A stretch of 64,000 nt of DNA from Scenedesmus sp. PABB004 (taxonomy: Eukaryota): contig JABVCE010000005.1 in NCBI GenBank assembly GCA_014905635.1, positions 434,001-498,000 on the forward strand, written 5' to 3'. The notes under the pieces were generated by a model. It saw only the letters and a program-made list of their open reading frames with translations, made no database searches and was not told where the DNA came from. How positions within the stretch are numbered: position 1 is the stretch's first letter; each line of letters begins with the position of its first letter. The position numbers and the translations under genes were made by a program. Below are positions 1 through 9,781 of the stretch, in pieces.

Positions 1-17
1 GCGCGGTGCGTGCGCGC

Positions 18-225
18 CTCGTCCCACTTGTCGTCCCGCTTGTTCGCGCCGCCGTAGTCGCGGCGCAGCAGCCGGCCCTTGCGCTGGGGGGTTTGGCGGA
101 CGGGGCGCCGCGCGGGAGGGTGAGCGCGGCGCGCCGCCGGCGCGCGGCGCCGGCGCGCGGGCCGCCGCCGCTGCTGCTGCCGGCGCCGCGCCGCGCACCC
201 CGCCGCCGCGGCCGCCGCGCCCCAT
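18..225 (-). CDS. 5' exons of a gene running off the left edge (MGRGGRGGG|RKGRLLRRDYGGANKRDDKWDE...); product unknown, basic RG-rich N-terminus
   Basis: gccATG at 225; exon 225-199 with GT donor; CAG acceptor, exon 83-18 in frame; GAG|GC donor at 17; divergent from the COMT-like gene. Confidence 0.55.
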
Positions 226-633
226 GGCGATGGCGCGTGAGTCTCGCGACCGCCCGGAGCGCCGGTGGCGGGGTTGGCGCGGCGCGCCGCCGGGCAGGCG
301 CGTTGGCCGCCGGCTGCCGATGCAGGTGCTGCCCGCGCTGGCCGCTGCCGCGATAGCTGCTGGCTGCGGGCGCGTCGGTGAGGTCGGGGCGTTGGCCGCG
401 CTCGGCCGCGACCGCGGGCGCGGCGGTTGCGGCCTAACCTGGGCGGCGCTTCTGCCGCCGGCACTTTGCGCGCCGGCCTGCCGCCGCAGCGCTCCGCCGC
501 AGCGCTCCAGACCAGCGCCTCTCAGCAGCAGGAGGTGCAGCGTTGGCGGTGGTCACCAGGCGTGCAGCGCCAGCGGCGGCGCCTACGGCCACGCCAGCGG
601 CGGCAGCAGCAGCGCGCGGCGCGAAGGCCGGCC

Positions 634-1885
634 ATGCAGCTCCAGCTGCCCCTCTGCCTCTCCAGCAGCTGTAGCATCACCTGCAGGGCGCAATTGCGGC
701 AGGCGGTGCGGCCGCGCCGCGCGACCGGGCGGCGGCGAGCCGCGGCCGCCACCGCAGCGCGCGCCGCCGAGCAGCCGCCGGCGCAGGCGCAGCAGCCGCC
801 GGCGCAGCCGCAGCAGGCGCAGGAGCGGGTGCCTCGGCGCGCCGCGCTGCTGGCGGGCCTGCTGGCCGCCGCCGGCGCGCGGCGGGCGTGCGGCGCGCAG
901 CCGGGCGCGGCCGCGGCCTCGCAGCTGCAGGCGCCCCCAGCTGACGCGGCGGCGGGCGGCGGGGGCGCCGCGTTTTACGCGGCCTGGCCCTACGCCGTCC
1001 CTGGTGACATCCTGCCCTTCATCACCTCCCGCGCGGCGCCGGGGGACGTGCAGGGCGTGCTGGATGCCATGGACGCGTTCTCGGCCTACTACCCGTGAGT
1101 GGGGGGCGTGGGGGGCCCCCTGAGCCAGCCCTACGGCGGCGGCGGCCGCCGCGAGCTGCAGCACGGCGGCGCGCGTGCGACGGCGGCCGCGCTGCGCCCA
1201 CGGCCGCGCTGTGCTCACGCGCGCCGCGCACGCCGCCGCCGCGGCGCGCCGCAGGCAGTTTAGGATCGGGCCCGAGAAGGGCGCGCTGCTGGAGGCGGTG
1301 CTGGCCGAGGCGTCGCCGCGGCCGCGCGCCGCGCTGGAGCTGGGGACCTTCCTCGGCTACTCGGCGATGCGCACCGCGCGCGCGCTCGGGCCGGGCGGGT
1401 GGCTGATCTGCGTCGAGGCCAACCCCGCCAACGCCGCGGTCGCGCGCGAGCTGCTGCGCTACGTCGGCCTCGGCGGCCGCGTGACCGTGGTCGACGGCCT
1501 CGCGGCGGACGCGATCCCCCGCCTGCCCGCGCTGCTCGCCGCCCAAGCTGGGCTGCAGGCGGGCGAGGTTGCGCAGCCGGGCGGCCAGCAGGCGGCGGCG
1601 GCGGCGGCGGCGCAGGGCTTTGACTTTGTGTTCCTGGACCACGCCAAGGACTGCTACCTGCCAGACCTGGTAGCGCTCGAGGCCGCGGGACTCGTGCGGC
1701 GCGGCACGACGGTCGTGGCCGACAATGTGGTGTATCCGGGCGCGCCGGGCTACCTGGAGCACCTCGAGGTGGGCGGGCGCTACGCGACGCGCCTGCTGCC
1801 GGCCGCTTATGAGTATGACCAGCCGTGGCGGGAGGACTGGGAGCCGAAGCGTGACGCGCTCAGCGTCAGCGTCGCGCTGCAGTGA
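634..1885 (+). CDS. Catechol O-methyltransferase-like class I SAM methyltransferase with plastid transit-like N-terminus; exons 634-1094, 1255-1885
   Basis: Motifs IGPEKG, ALELGTFLGYSA, FDFVFLDHAKDCYLPDL, VVADNVVYPGAPGYLE match the COMT family; intron gtgagt...gcag keeps frame. Confidence 0.88.
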
Positions 1886-1945
1886 TGCGGCCGGACTGGG
1901 AGCCGCCGCGCTGACGCGCTGAGCGTCAGCGTCGCGCTGCGGTGA
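1834..1945 (+). repeat. Imperfect tandem duplication (~52 bp) of the last codons and stop of the COMT-like gene
   Basis: ggactgggagccgaagcgtgacgcgctcagcgtcagcgtcgcgctgcagtga (1834-1885) vs ggactgggagccgccgcgctgacgcgctgagcgtcagcgtcgcgctgcggtga (1893-1945). Confidence 0.85.
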
Positions 1946-2260
1946 GCCGCCGCGTAACGCACCGAAAGCAGTGGCGCAGACCCCCAGCACGACGCCCGGT
2001 CTGCTGCCCAGTGGCCTCGTGCACCCGCGATCGCAGCGGGCCTCCCTGCAGCGCGCGGCGGCGGAGTGCAGCAGCAGCGCCGTCGGGTGCCGCCCCGCAG
2101 CGTCGCCGCAGCGTCGCCGTTCGCCCTGACATCGGCGCCACGCGTCAAGCACAGTTTCAGCGAGCGCTCGGCGCCCGCCGCGCCAGCCCAGGCGCGCCGG
2201 AGGCGGCGGCAGCGCCGGCGCCGCTGCCGCGCCGCGCGCTCGCCGCCGCCGCGCGGGCGC

Positions 2261-2668
2261 ATGTCCCGGCCCGGCCGGCGCGGGGGCAGCACGCTGGTGT
2301 CGCTGCTTCACGCGCTGGCGGGCGGGCGGGTGGTGCTGGAGCTGCGCGGCGACGTGCGCGTGAGCGGCACGCTGTCGAGCGTGGACGACTACATGAACTG
2401 CATGCTCGACGGCGCCCTCTGGCAGCCGCCGGCCGGCCCCGCGACGCCCTTCCCCAGCCTCTACGTCAAGGGGCGCAGCCTGCGCATGGTGCACCTGCCG
2501 GCGGGCGCCGACGCGGGCGCGCTGCTCGACGCGCACGCGGCGGCGCAGCGGCGCGCGCGCGTGGCGGGCGCGCTGGAGCTGGTCAACAGGCGCCACGAGC
2601 GCCTGGCCAAGGGCGACGGCGGCGAGGCGCGCGGCGGCGGCGAGCCGGGGCCGCCGGCGGCGACCTAG
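2261..2668 (+). CDS. LSM10: Sm-like protein most similar to the U7 snRNP subunit LSm10; intronless
   Basis: TLVSLLHALAGGRVVLELRGD-V-GTLSSVDDYMN (Sm1) and LYVKGRSLRMVHLP (Sm2) parallel the recalled LSm10 sequence SLIILLQGLQG-VTTVDLRDE...VDAFMN...LFVTGRNVRYVHIP. Confidence 0.72.
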   Translation: MSRPGRRGGSTLVSLLHALAGGRVVLELRGDVRVSGTLSSVDDYMNCMLDGALWQPPAGPATPFPSLYVKGRSLRMVHLPAGADAGALLDAHAAAQRRARVAGALELVNRRHERLAKGDGGEARGGGEPGPPAAT

Positions 2669-2796
2669 GGCGGGGGCGCTCTGACGGCGCACTCGCGCGG
2701 GGCGGGGCCGCGCGGCGGCACACTCGCGCGGGGCGCGGCTGCCGCCGCGGCGGGGGGCTACGGAGAAACGCGGTTGCCCCTGCGCGGCGCCGGCCG

Positions 2797-4543
2797 CTAG
2801 CGCCGCGTGTGGTGGCTGTGGTGCAGGTCGCCGTGCCCCGGCGAGAGCACGATCAGCAACATGCCCAGCAGCATGGAGGCGATGTACGGCAGCCGCTCCG
2901 CGACGCGCTCCTGGCGGGCGGCCGGCCGCGCGGCGGCGCGGCGCGTGGGCGTCGGCGCGCGCGGGCGACGGCACTGCGGCGCGGCGCGCAGAGCGGCCAC
3001 CGGCGGCGCACCTTGAACGCGAGCGCGCCGACCAGCGTTGAGAGCAGGACGTTGACGCGCTTGATCGCGACAACGTAGCTGACCAGCACGTTTTCGATCG
3101 CCGCGAGGTAAAACACGACCGCCCCGAGCTCGGCGAGCGAGATGGACACGAGCAGCGGCGCGTCGCGCAGCAGGTGCCGCGCCGAGCGCCGCGCGGCGAG
3201 GCCGAGGTAGGCCGCCGCCGCGGCGCCGACGAGCAGGCGCTGCGCGAGGAAGTAGGGCGCGAGGCGCTGCCCCGCGGCGGCGATGCCGAGCTTGTCCATC
3301 GACGCGGTGAGGCTGTACAGCGCGGCGACGCTCAGCACCATGGCCGGCGCGCGCGCCGACGCACCCCCGGCGAGCGCGCGCAGCCCACCCCCGCCCGCGC
3401 CCGCGGCGCCGGCAGCACGGCGCCGCCGCGGCGGCGCCGCGCCGGCGTCGCCGCCGCCCTTGCCGGGCCTGGCGGGCGCGTCGTCCCAGCCGCCGTTGCC
3501 GTTGGCGCACGACGCCGCGACGGCGCCGCCGCCGCCGCCCGGCCAGCCGCCGCCGCCGGGCTGCGGCTGCAGCGCCGGCTGCGCCTGGCCTGCGACCAGC
3601 AGGCGGGGCGCCCTGTCCTTGTAGTAGGCCAGCGCCCACGCGGAGCTGGCCTTGGCGCCGGGGCGCGCCCCCGCCGCGGCGCCGCCGTGCTGCTGGAGGT
3701 GCTGCCGCTCCGTGCTCGAGGTGTGCTGCTGCTCCTGCCTATGCTGCAACTGATGCTCCTGCCGATGCTGCAGCTGCTGCTCCTGCCTATGCTGCTGCTG
3801 CGCCTGCTGCGCCGGCGCCGCCGGCGCCGCATGCTGCTGCCAGCCGCCCGGCGGCGCCGCCGTGAGCGGCAGCTTGAGCTTGCTGGGGCTGCCCGGCTGC
3901 CCGGCGGCGCCGCCGGCGCCGACGCGGCCGAGCGCGAAGCCGCTCGCGCTGACCACGACCACGCCGACCAGGCCCATGGGGCTCGGGATCTCCGTGCGGC
4001 CCAGGAATAGAGGAGACACGGCGATCACGAAGACGGGCGTAAAGGCCAGGAATGGAACGGTCAGGCTGAGCGGCGCGAGCGACAGCGCGCGCTGGTAAAA
4101 CAGCCTGGCGCATAGGCTCAAGCTGCTGGTAATGAACACGACGAGGGCAAAGGTCTGCGGGTCGGGCAGCGCCGCCAGCGCCGGCAGGCGCCCCTCGACG
4201 AGCCACACGCCCGCCGTCGCGAGCAGGGCGTCGTAGATGGCCACGAGCGCGACGAGCTCTGCGGCGGCGCGGCGCGGCGCGGCGCGGGGTGAGGCGCGGC
4301 TGCACCCGCTGCGGCCGCGCCCGCCGCCGCCGGCGCGGCGCGGGGTGAGGCGCGGGGCGGGGTGAGGCGCAGCGCGAAGTGAGGCGCGGCTGCGCGCGGC
4401 GCGGGACGGACGAGCTGCCGCGCGCGCCGCCGCCCCGCACCGAGCGGGGCCAACCGCTGCGCCCCGAGCTTGCGGAGCACATCGATGGCCGTGTGCGCGA
4501 GGGCTGCTATGAGGGCCCAGCCGACGCCAGCGCCAAAGCCCAT
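2797..4543 (-). CDS. EamA/DMT-superfamily membrane transporter, 3 exons, with a Gln/His/Gly-rich linker between the two halves
   Basis: Hydrophobic helices; ALSLAPLSLTVPFLAFTPVF, SMDKLG, VSYVVAIKRVNVLLSTLVGALAFK|E typical of EamA; GT-AG introns at ~4440-4260 and ~3011-2912. Confidence 0.85.
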
Positions 4544-4650
4544 GCGGGCGTGCGGGCGCCGGCAGACCCCGCGCGGCCGCGCTGCGGGCGCCGCACGCGC
4601 CGCCGCTGCTGCCGCTGCCGCTGCCGCCGCGCACGCTTCCGCTGGCTGCA

Positions 4651-5177
4651 GGCGCTTGCTCCACCGCCTGCTCGCGGGCCACGGGTGCCCCCGGGACGCT
4701 CAGCGGCGCGCCGCGGGCCGCGGGCTGCCCGGGTCGGGCGCCTCTGCGTTCGCTGCCGGCCGGCGCGGCGCCAGCTACGCGGCACAGGGCGGTGATGGCT
4801 GGCCGGACGGTCGGGGCGCCTCTGGGCGGAGCGGCGCGGCGGGGGCGGGCCATGCGGGGCCGCGGCGCCCAGTGCCCCACCAGCCGGACGCCAGACCCGC
4901 GCCACCGCGCGATCCCGGGCCCGGGGCCGAGCCCGAGCCGCCGCGCAGTAAGGCCGGCGTTCGCAGTTACAGCGCGCCACGCCGCCGAGCACGGGCGCGC
5001 GGGCGCGGCGCCGCTGCCGCTGCCGGCGGCGCCGCTGCCGCCGGCGCGGCGCGCGGCGCGGGCGGCGGGACGGCCCGCGGGGCCGCCCCCGACCGCGCGC
5101 TCCGCGGGGCAGCGCCGCGGCAGTAGGTGGCAGGCGCACGCGCACGCGCACGCGCGGGGCGCGCCGCGGCGCGCCGC
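4651..5177. repeat. Direct repeat copy A1 (~527 bp), nearly identical to 7539-8064
   Basis: By-eye alignment finds only a 1-nt indel near 4690 and one substitution near 5098; contains a minus-strand TGTAA at ~4966-4970. Confidence 0.95.
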
Positions 5178-5573
5178 ATGCCGCGTCGGCGCCCGATCAC
5201 AGGGGGCGCGCACGGCGCGGCCGCGGCTCACCACACCGCGTGCGCTCGGTCAGTCCTGCGCTCAGCCCCTAGCAGCCACGCATAGCGCACGTCGCTCGGT
5301 CCGGGAGCGCCGCAGCGCCGGCGGCGCCACAGATGCCCCACGCTCCTGAGGCAGGCCTCAACGTCCAGTCGCAAGCCCGAAATCACACCAACGCCAGCCG
5401 CAGTCGTGCGCTACCACAAACACAAGTCCACACGACGCCATCACCGCTACGCCAACACCGCCGAGCCACACGCAGGGAGGCGGCGCAGCGTGCCGCCCAC
5501 CTGCCACATCCCGCCCGCCGCCCGCGAGCCGCCCGCCGCCCGCCGCCCGCGAGCCCCCCTCCGCCGCTGGCGC

Positions 5574-7270
5574 CTAGGACGGCGGCGCCGGCATGGGCGC
5601 CTTCTTGCGCTGCTTCACGCGCAGCGACGGCTCGGGCTCGCCCGCCTTGGGCTCCTCCTTGGCCGGCACGTCGGGCAGGTCGTCGCCGCGGCCCGGCGCG
5701 TCGTGGGGCGCCGCGGCGCCGCCGCGTGCGCGCGCCGCGGCGTCCATGCGCTGCTGGTGCGGCGCGAGCAGCGTCATGATCTGCTGCTGCTGCGCGCGCA
5801 GCATCTCCTGGTGGTGCATGAGCTGCCGCATCATGCGCTCCTCGCGCGCCGCCTCGTCGTCGGCGTCGTCGCCGTCGAGCGGCGCCGCGTAGGCCGCTGC
5901 CGCCGCGGCCGCGGCCGCGGCGGCCGAGAGCAGGCTGTCGCTGACCATGCCGTTGCCCCAGGCCGCCCAGAAGCCGTCGCCGCCGGGCGCGGGGCCGCGG
6001 CCGACCGACACGGCCGGCCGCGGCTTCACCTTGCGCCGCCCGCTCGTTACGGCGCGCCGCAGCGCCGTGTCCTCCGCCGCGTCGTCCTTGAGCTTCTGAG
6101 GCGTCTTGCGCTGCCGCTTGACCGGCAGCCCGTCCTGCTCCAGGCCGCGCCGCGGCGGCGGCGGCGCGGCCGCGGCCGCCGCCGCCGCGGCGCGCGCCGG
6201 CAGCGGGCCGCTCGGCGGCGGCGCGCCCGGCAGGCGCCGCGCGGCGGCGCCGTGGGGCCTCACGGGCACCGGCAGCGCGGCCGCGGCGCTGGGCAGGTGG
6301 CTGGTGAAGAGGAAATGGTAGGTCGCGGGGTCACGCCCCGACGCCTCGAGCTGCTCCTGCCGCGCCTTGGCCGCGCGCGCCGCCTGGCTCTTGGCGCGCG
6401 TGTCGCGCGCGGCCGCCGCGTCGTCCGCCGACGGGCGCGCGGCGGCGGCGGGGGGCTTGGCGGGCTTGGCGCCCGGGGGCCCGAGGCTGCGCGAGAGCAG
6501 TGGCGGCGCCGCGCCACCCTGCGCGCGCGCGGGGGGTGCGGCGCGGCGGGCGGGGGCATCAGCGCCAGCGCCGGCGTCGCGCGTGCGCGCGGACCCCTTC
6601 CCCCCCTGGGCCTCACCTGCGCGCTGGGGAAGACCGCCGCGGCGGCCGCGCTGGCCGCAGTGACGGCCGCCGCCTTGGCGGCCGCGGCGGCCTTGGCCTT
6701 GGCGCTCTTGGCCGCCTTGGACGCCGCCGCCGCGCCCTGCAGGCGGCCGGCCTGCCGCGCCGCGGCCTTGGCGGCGGTGAGGTAGACCTGGACCTGTGCG
6801 TGGTGTGTGCGTGTGTGTGGGGAGGGGGGGGAGAGGCAGGGGCAGACGCGCGCGGTCGGCAGCGGCGGGCGCGCGCGCGCGCGCGCGCGCGCGCGCGAGA
6901 AATCCGCCACCGCTGCCGCCGCGGCCCGCGCGCGCGCGTGCGTGCGCACCTCCTTGGCCAGCTTGTTCTTGAGCTTGCTGCACGCCGCGGCCTCGCGGTT
7001 GGACGCGATGCGCGCGGCCTGGGCGGGGTCCATGTCGGGGTCGAGCCGCGGGTCGGGCAGCGTCGGCCGCCCGCCCTTGCCCCAGCGCAGCACCGCGCGC
7101 TCCAGCAGCAGGCGCTGGACCTCCGCGGGCACGTTCTTCATGAGCGCCGCCGCGGCGTCGAGCGCCGCGTCGGGCAGCGCCATGATCGCGACCGCCGCGG
7201 CGGCGCTCTGCTCCGGCGTCAGCGGCTCCAGCAGGCCCGGCTTGCGCGCCATCTTGCGGGGGCCCGTCAT
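5574..7270 (-). CDS. Degenerate bZIP-like (basic-region) protein with long Ala/Pro-rich low-complexity tail; about 3 exons, last junction uncertain
   Basis: DPRLDPDMDPAQAARIASNREAAACSKLKNK resembles the bZIP basic region DPKRAKRILANRQSAARSK; no clear Leu zipper follows; NLS-like PVKRQRK in the last exon. Confidence 0.6.
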
Positions 7271-7538
7271 GGTGCGATCCACGTAGATCGGGCGCGTCAG
7301 CGCCGGCCCGCGCTCAAAACCGGGGCGCCCTGGCCGCGCGGCGGCGCCGAGAACGGCGCTGATGTGGTGCAGCCCCTGCCAGCAACGCGCCAGGCGCCGA
7401 GCCCGGCCGCGCCGCGCCGTGCACGACCGCGGGATCGCCTGGGGCGCTCACGGCGGGGCGCCGCTCCTCGCCTGGCAGCCGCCCAGCGTCGGGGCTGCGC
7501 GCACAGCCTCTCGGGCCGAGGGCCGCGCGGGCCGGGCG

Positions 7539-8064
7539 GGCGCTTGCTCCACCGCCTGCTCGCGGGCCACGGGTGCCCCGGGACGCTCAGCGGCGCGCCG
7601 CGGGCCGCGGGCTGCCCGGGTCGGGCGCCTCTGCGTTCGCTGCCGGCCGGCGCGGCGCCAGCTACGCGGCACAGGGCGGTGATGGCTGGCCGGACGGTCG
7701 GGGCGCCTCTGGGCGGAGCGGCGCGGCGGGGGCGGGCCATGCGGGGCCGCGGCGCCCAGTGCCCCACCAGCCGGACGCCAGACCCGCGCCACCGCGCGAT
7801 CCCGGGCCCGGGGCCGAGCCCGAGCCGCCGCGCAGTAAGGCCGGCGTTCGCAGTTACAGCGCGCCACGCCGCCGAGCACGGGCGCGCGGGCGCGGCGCCG
7901 CTGCCGCTGCCGGCGGCGCCGCTGCCGCCGGCGCGGCGCGCGGCGCGGGCGGCGGGACGGCCCGCGGGGCCGCCCCCGACCGCGAGCTCCGCGGGGCAGC
8001 GCCGCGGCAGTAGGTGGCAGGCGCACGCGCACGCGCACGCGCGGGGCGCGCCGCGGCGCGCCGC
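7539..8064. repeat. Direct repeat copy A2 (~526 bp), nearly identical to 4651-5177
   Basis: Same sequence from ggcgcttgctccaccgcc to gcgccgcggcgcgccgc. Confidence 0.95.
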
Positions 8065-8235
8065 CGCCACGCGCTCTCGAACCGGGGCGCCCGATCGCGC
8101 GGGCGCCCAATGAAAATCCCACCCCCGCCCCCCTGTCACAGCAGCGCCACCATACCCAGCAGCAGGACACATACGCTCGCTCGCTCGCCAACTCCCCGAG
8201 CGCGGCGCCCGAGCAGCACGGCGGCGCGCCCCCGC

Positions 8236-9041
8236 TCACAGCCCGCGCGGGCCGATGAAGCCGCCCCACCTGCTGCCCTTGCCGCGCTCCTCCTGCTGCA
8301 CGCTGAGCGCCGCCTCCACCGCGTCGAGCCGCGTGAGCAGGCGCTCGAGCATGCGCTGCTGCTCGATGTTCTCCGCCAGCAGCCGCTCGCGCTCCTCGCG
8401 CGCGCGCTCCAGGATCGCGTGCCGCTCCGCCGACTCCTTGGCCTGCTTCGCGACCTCCTTCCGCCGCGTGCGCTCGTACTCCGCAAAGATGATCAGCGAG
8501 CCGACCTGCGCGGCGGCGCCGCGGCGTGGCGCGGCGCGGCGCGCCCGCGGCGCACGCGCCGTTGGCGCCCCCGCCCGCCGCGCCCCGCGGGCGGCCGGCG
8601 CAGGCACGGGGCCGGCCGGGCCCGGGCGTCCGCCGTCGCGTGCGTGCCGCACCAGGAAGAGGAACGACTCGCTCGCCAGCTTGCTCGCGAGCTCCACGCT
8701 CTTCTCCTCGGTCATGTCCCCGATGAAGGCGCGGCCGGTCTTGCCCTCGGCCTTGCGGCCGAGCATGACCTCGAAGCGGTGCATGCGCTGCGCCGGCGGC
8801 GCGCGGCGCGCGTGCGTGGGAAGCGCGCATGGGCGCGCGGCGAGCGCGCGCGGCGCTGCGCTGCGGGGCCGCGTGCGGCGCGGCGCGCTGGCGCGGGCCC
8901 CGCCCGCCGCACCTGCGCCGCGTTGAGCACCGTCTGGCGGTGCTGCGGGTGCGTCATGACCCAGTTTTTGAAGCGATCGCCGAGCGGCTTGGCCGCCGTC
9001 TTCAGCGCGAGCGCGCCGACCTTGAACAGCAGCGCCGCCAT
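8236..9041 (-). CDS. OPA3: OPA3-like mitochondrial protein, 3 exons
   Basis: LFKVGALALKTAAKPL...HP..., MTEEKSVELASKLASESFLFL|VGSLIIFAEYER and a C-terminal coiled coil fit the OPA3 family. Confidence 0.85.
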
Positions 9042-9781
9042 CGCCGCCGCCACCCGCGCGCGGCGCCGCCCGTGGTGCGGTGGTGAGGCGCTGTGATGCG
9101 GTCGTCGAGGGCCGCCACCGGCGGGCCGCGGGCGACAACCCCAGCAGCAGCGGCAGCGGCCGCCCGCCGCCGCTGCCCGCCGCGCGCCGCCCGCGCCGCC
9201 GCCGCCCGCCGCCCGGGTGGAGCTAGCTCCGGTCTGCGAGCCCTCCGGCCGCCCGCTTGCCGTGGTCCCACCGGGCGGAGAAGCTGCTGCTGCTGCGGCA
9301 GCTACGCTTACGCGAGTCGCGTGACCGCGCGGGCTCGACTCCCAGCGCTCCTAGGGCTGCCAGAGACGTCACGGACACGCGGGCGCGACGAGGCGGTGCA
9401 GCTCGCCAGCTCGAAGGGCACAAGGCGACTTTGCGCCCGCGCCCGCTCGCAGCCGAGGGCCCCGGGCCCTCCGCTTCGCCCCAGACCTCATCCCTCAAAG
9501 CTGCAGCGACCCAGCGGCTCCGCACCGCCTGCACGCGAAGCAGCGCGCCGGGGGACCGCTTTGCCGCGCACGGCGCGCCGGGCGCGACTCGGCGCCGCCC
9601 GGGCGGCGGGGCGCCGTTCACCCGCGCCCCGGCGCCCCTCTGACGCGCCCGGGCCCGCCGGAGCGACGCGGCAGCCGCCGGGCGCACCGCGGCGGGGAGG
9701 CAGTTTGCGCGGGCGCCGCCGCGATCGATCCGCGGCGCATGCGGCGCCCGCGCTGAGGCGCAGCCGGCCCGTCCGGCCGCC

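Noticed and set aside
4651..8064. LTR retrotransposon reading of the direct repeats
   Set aside because: No shared TG...CA termini, PBS/PPT, short TSD or gag/pol; the poly(A) signal precedes the promoter side, as in an ordinary intergenic spacer
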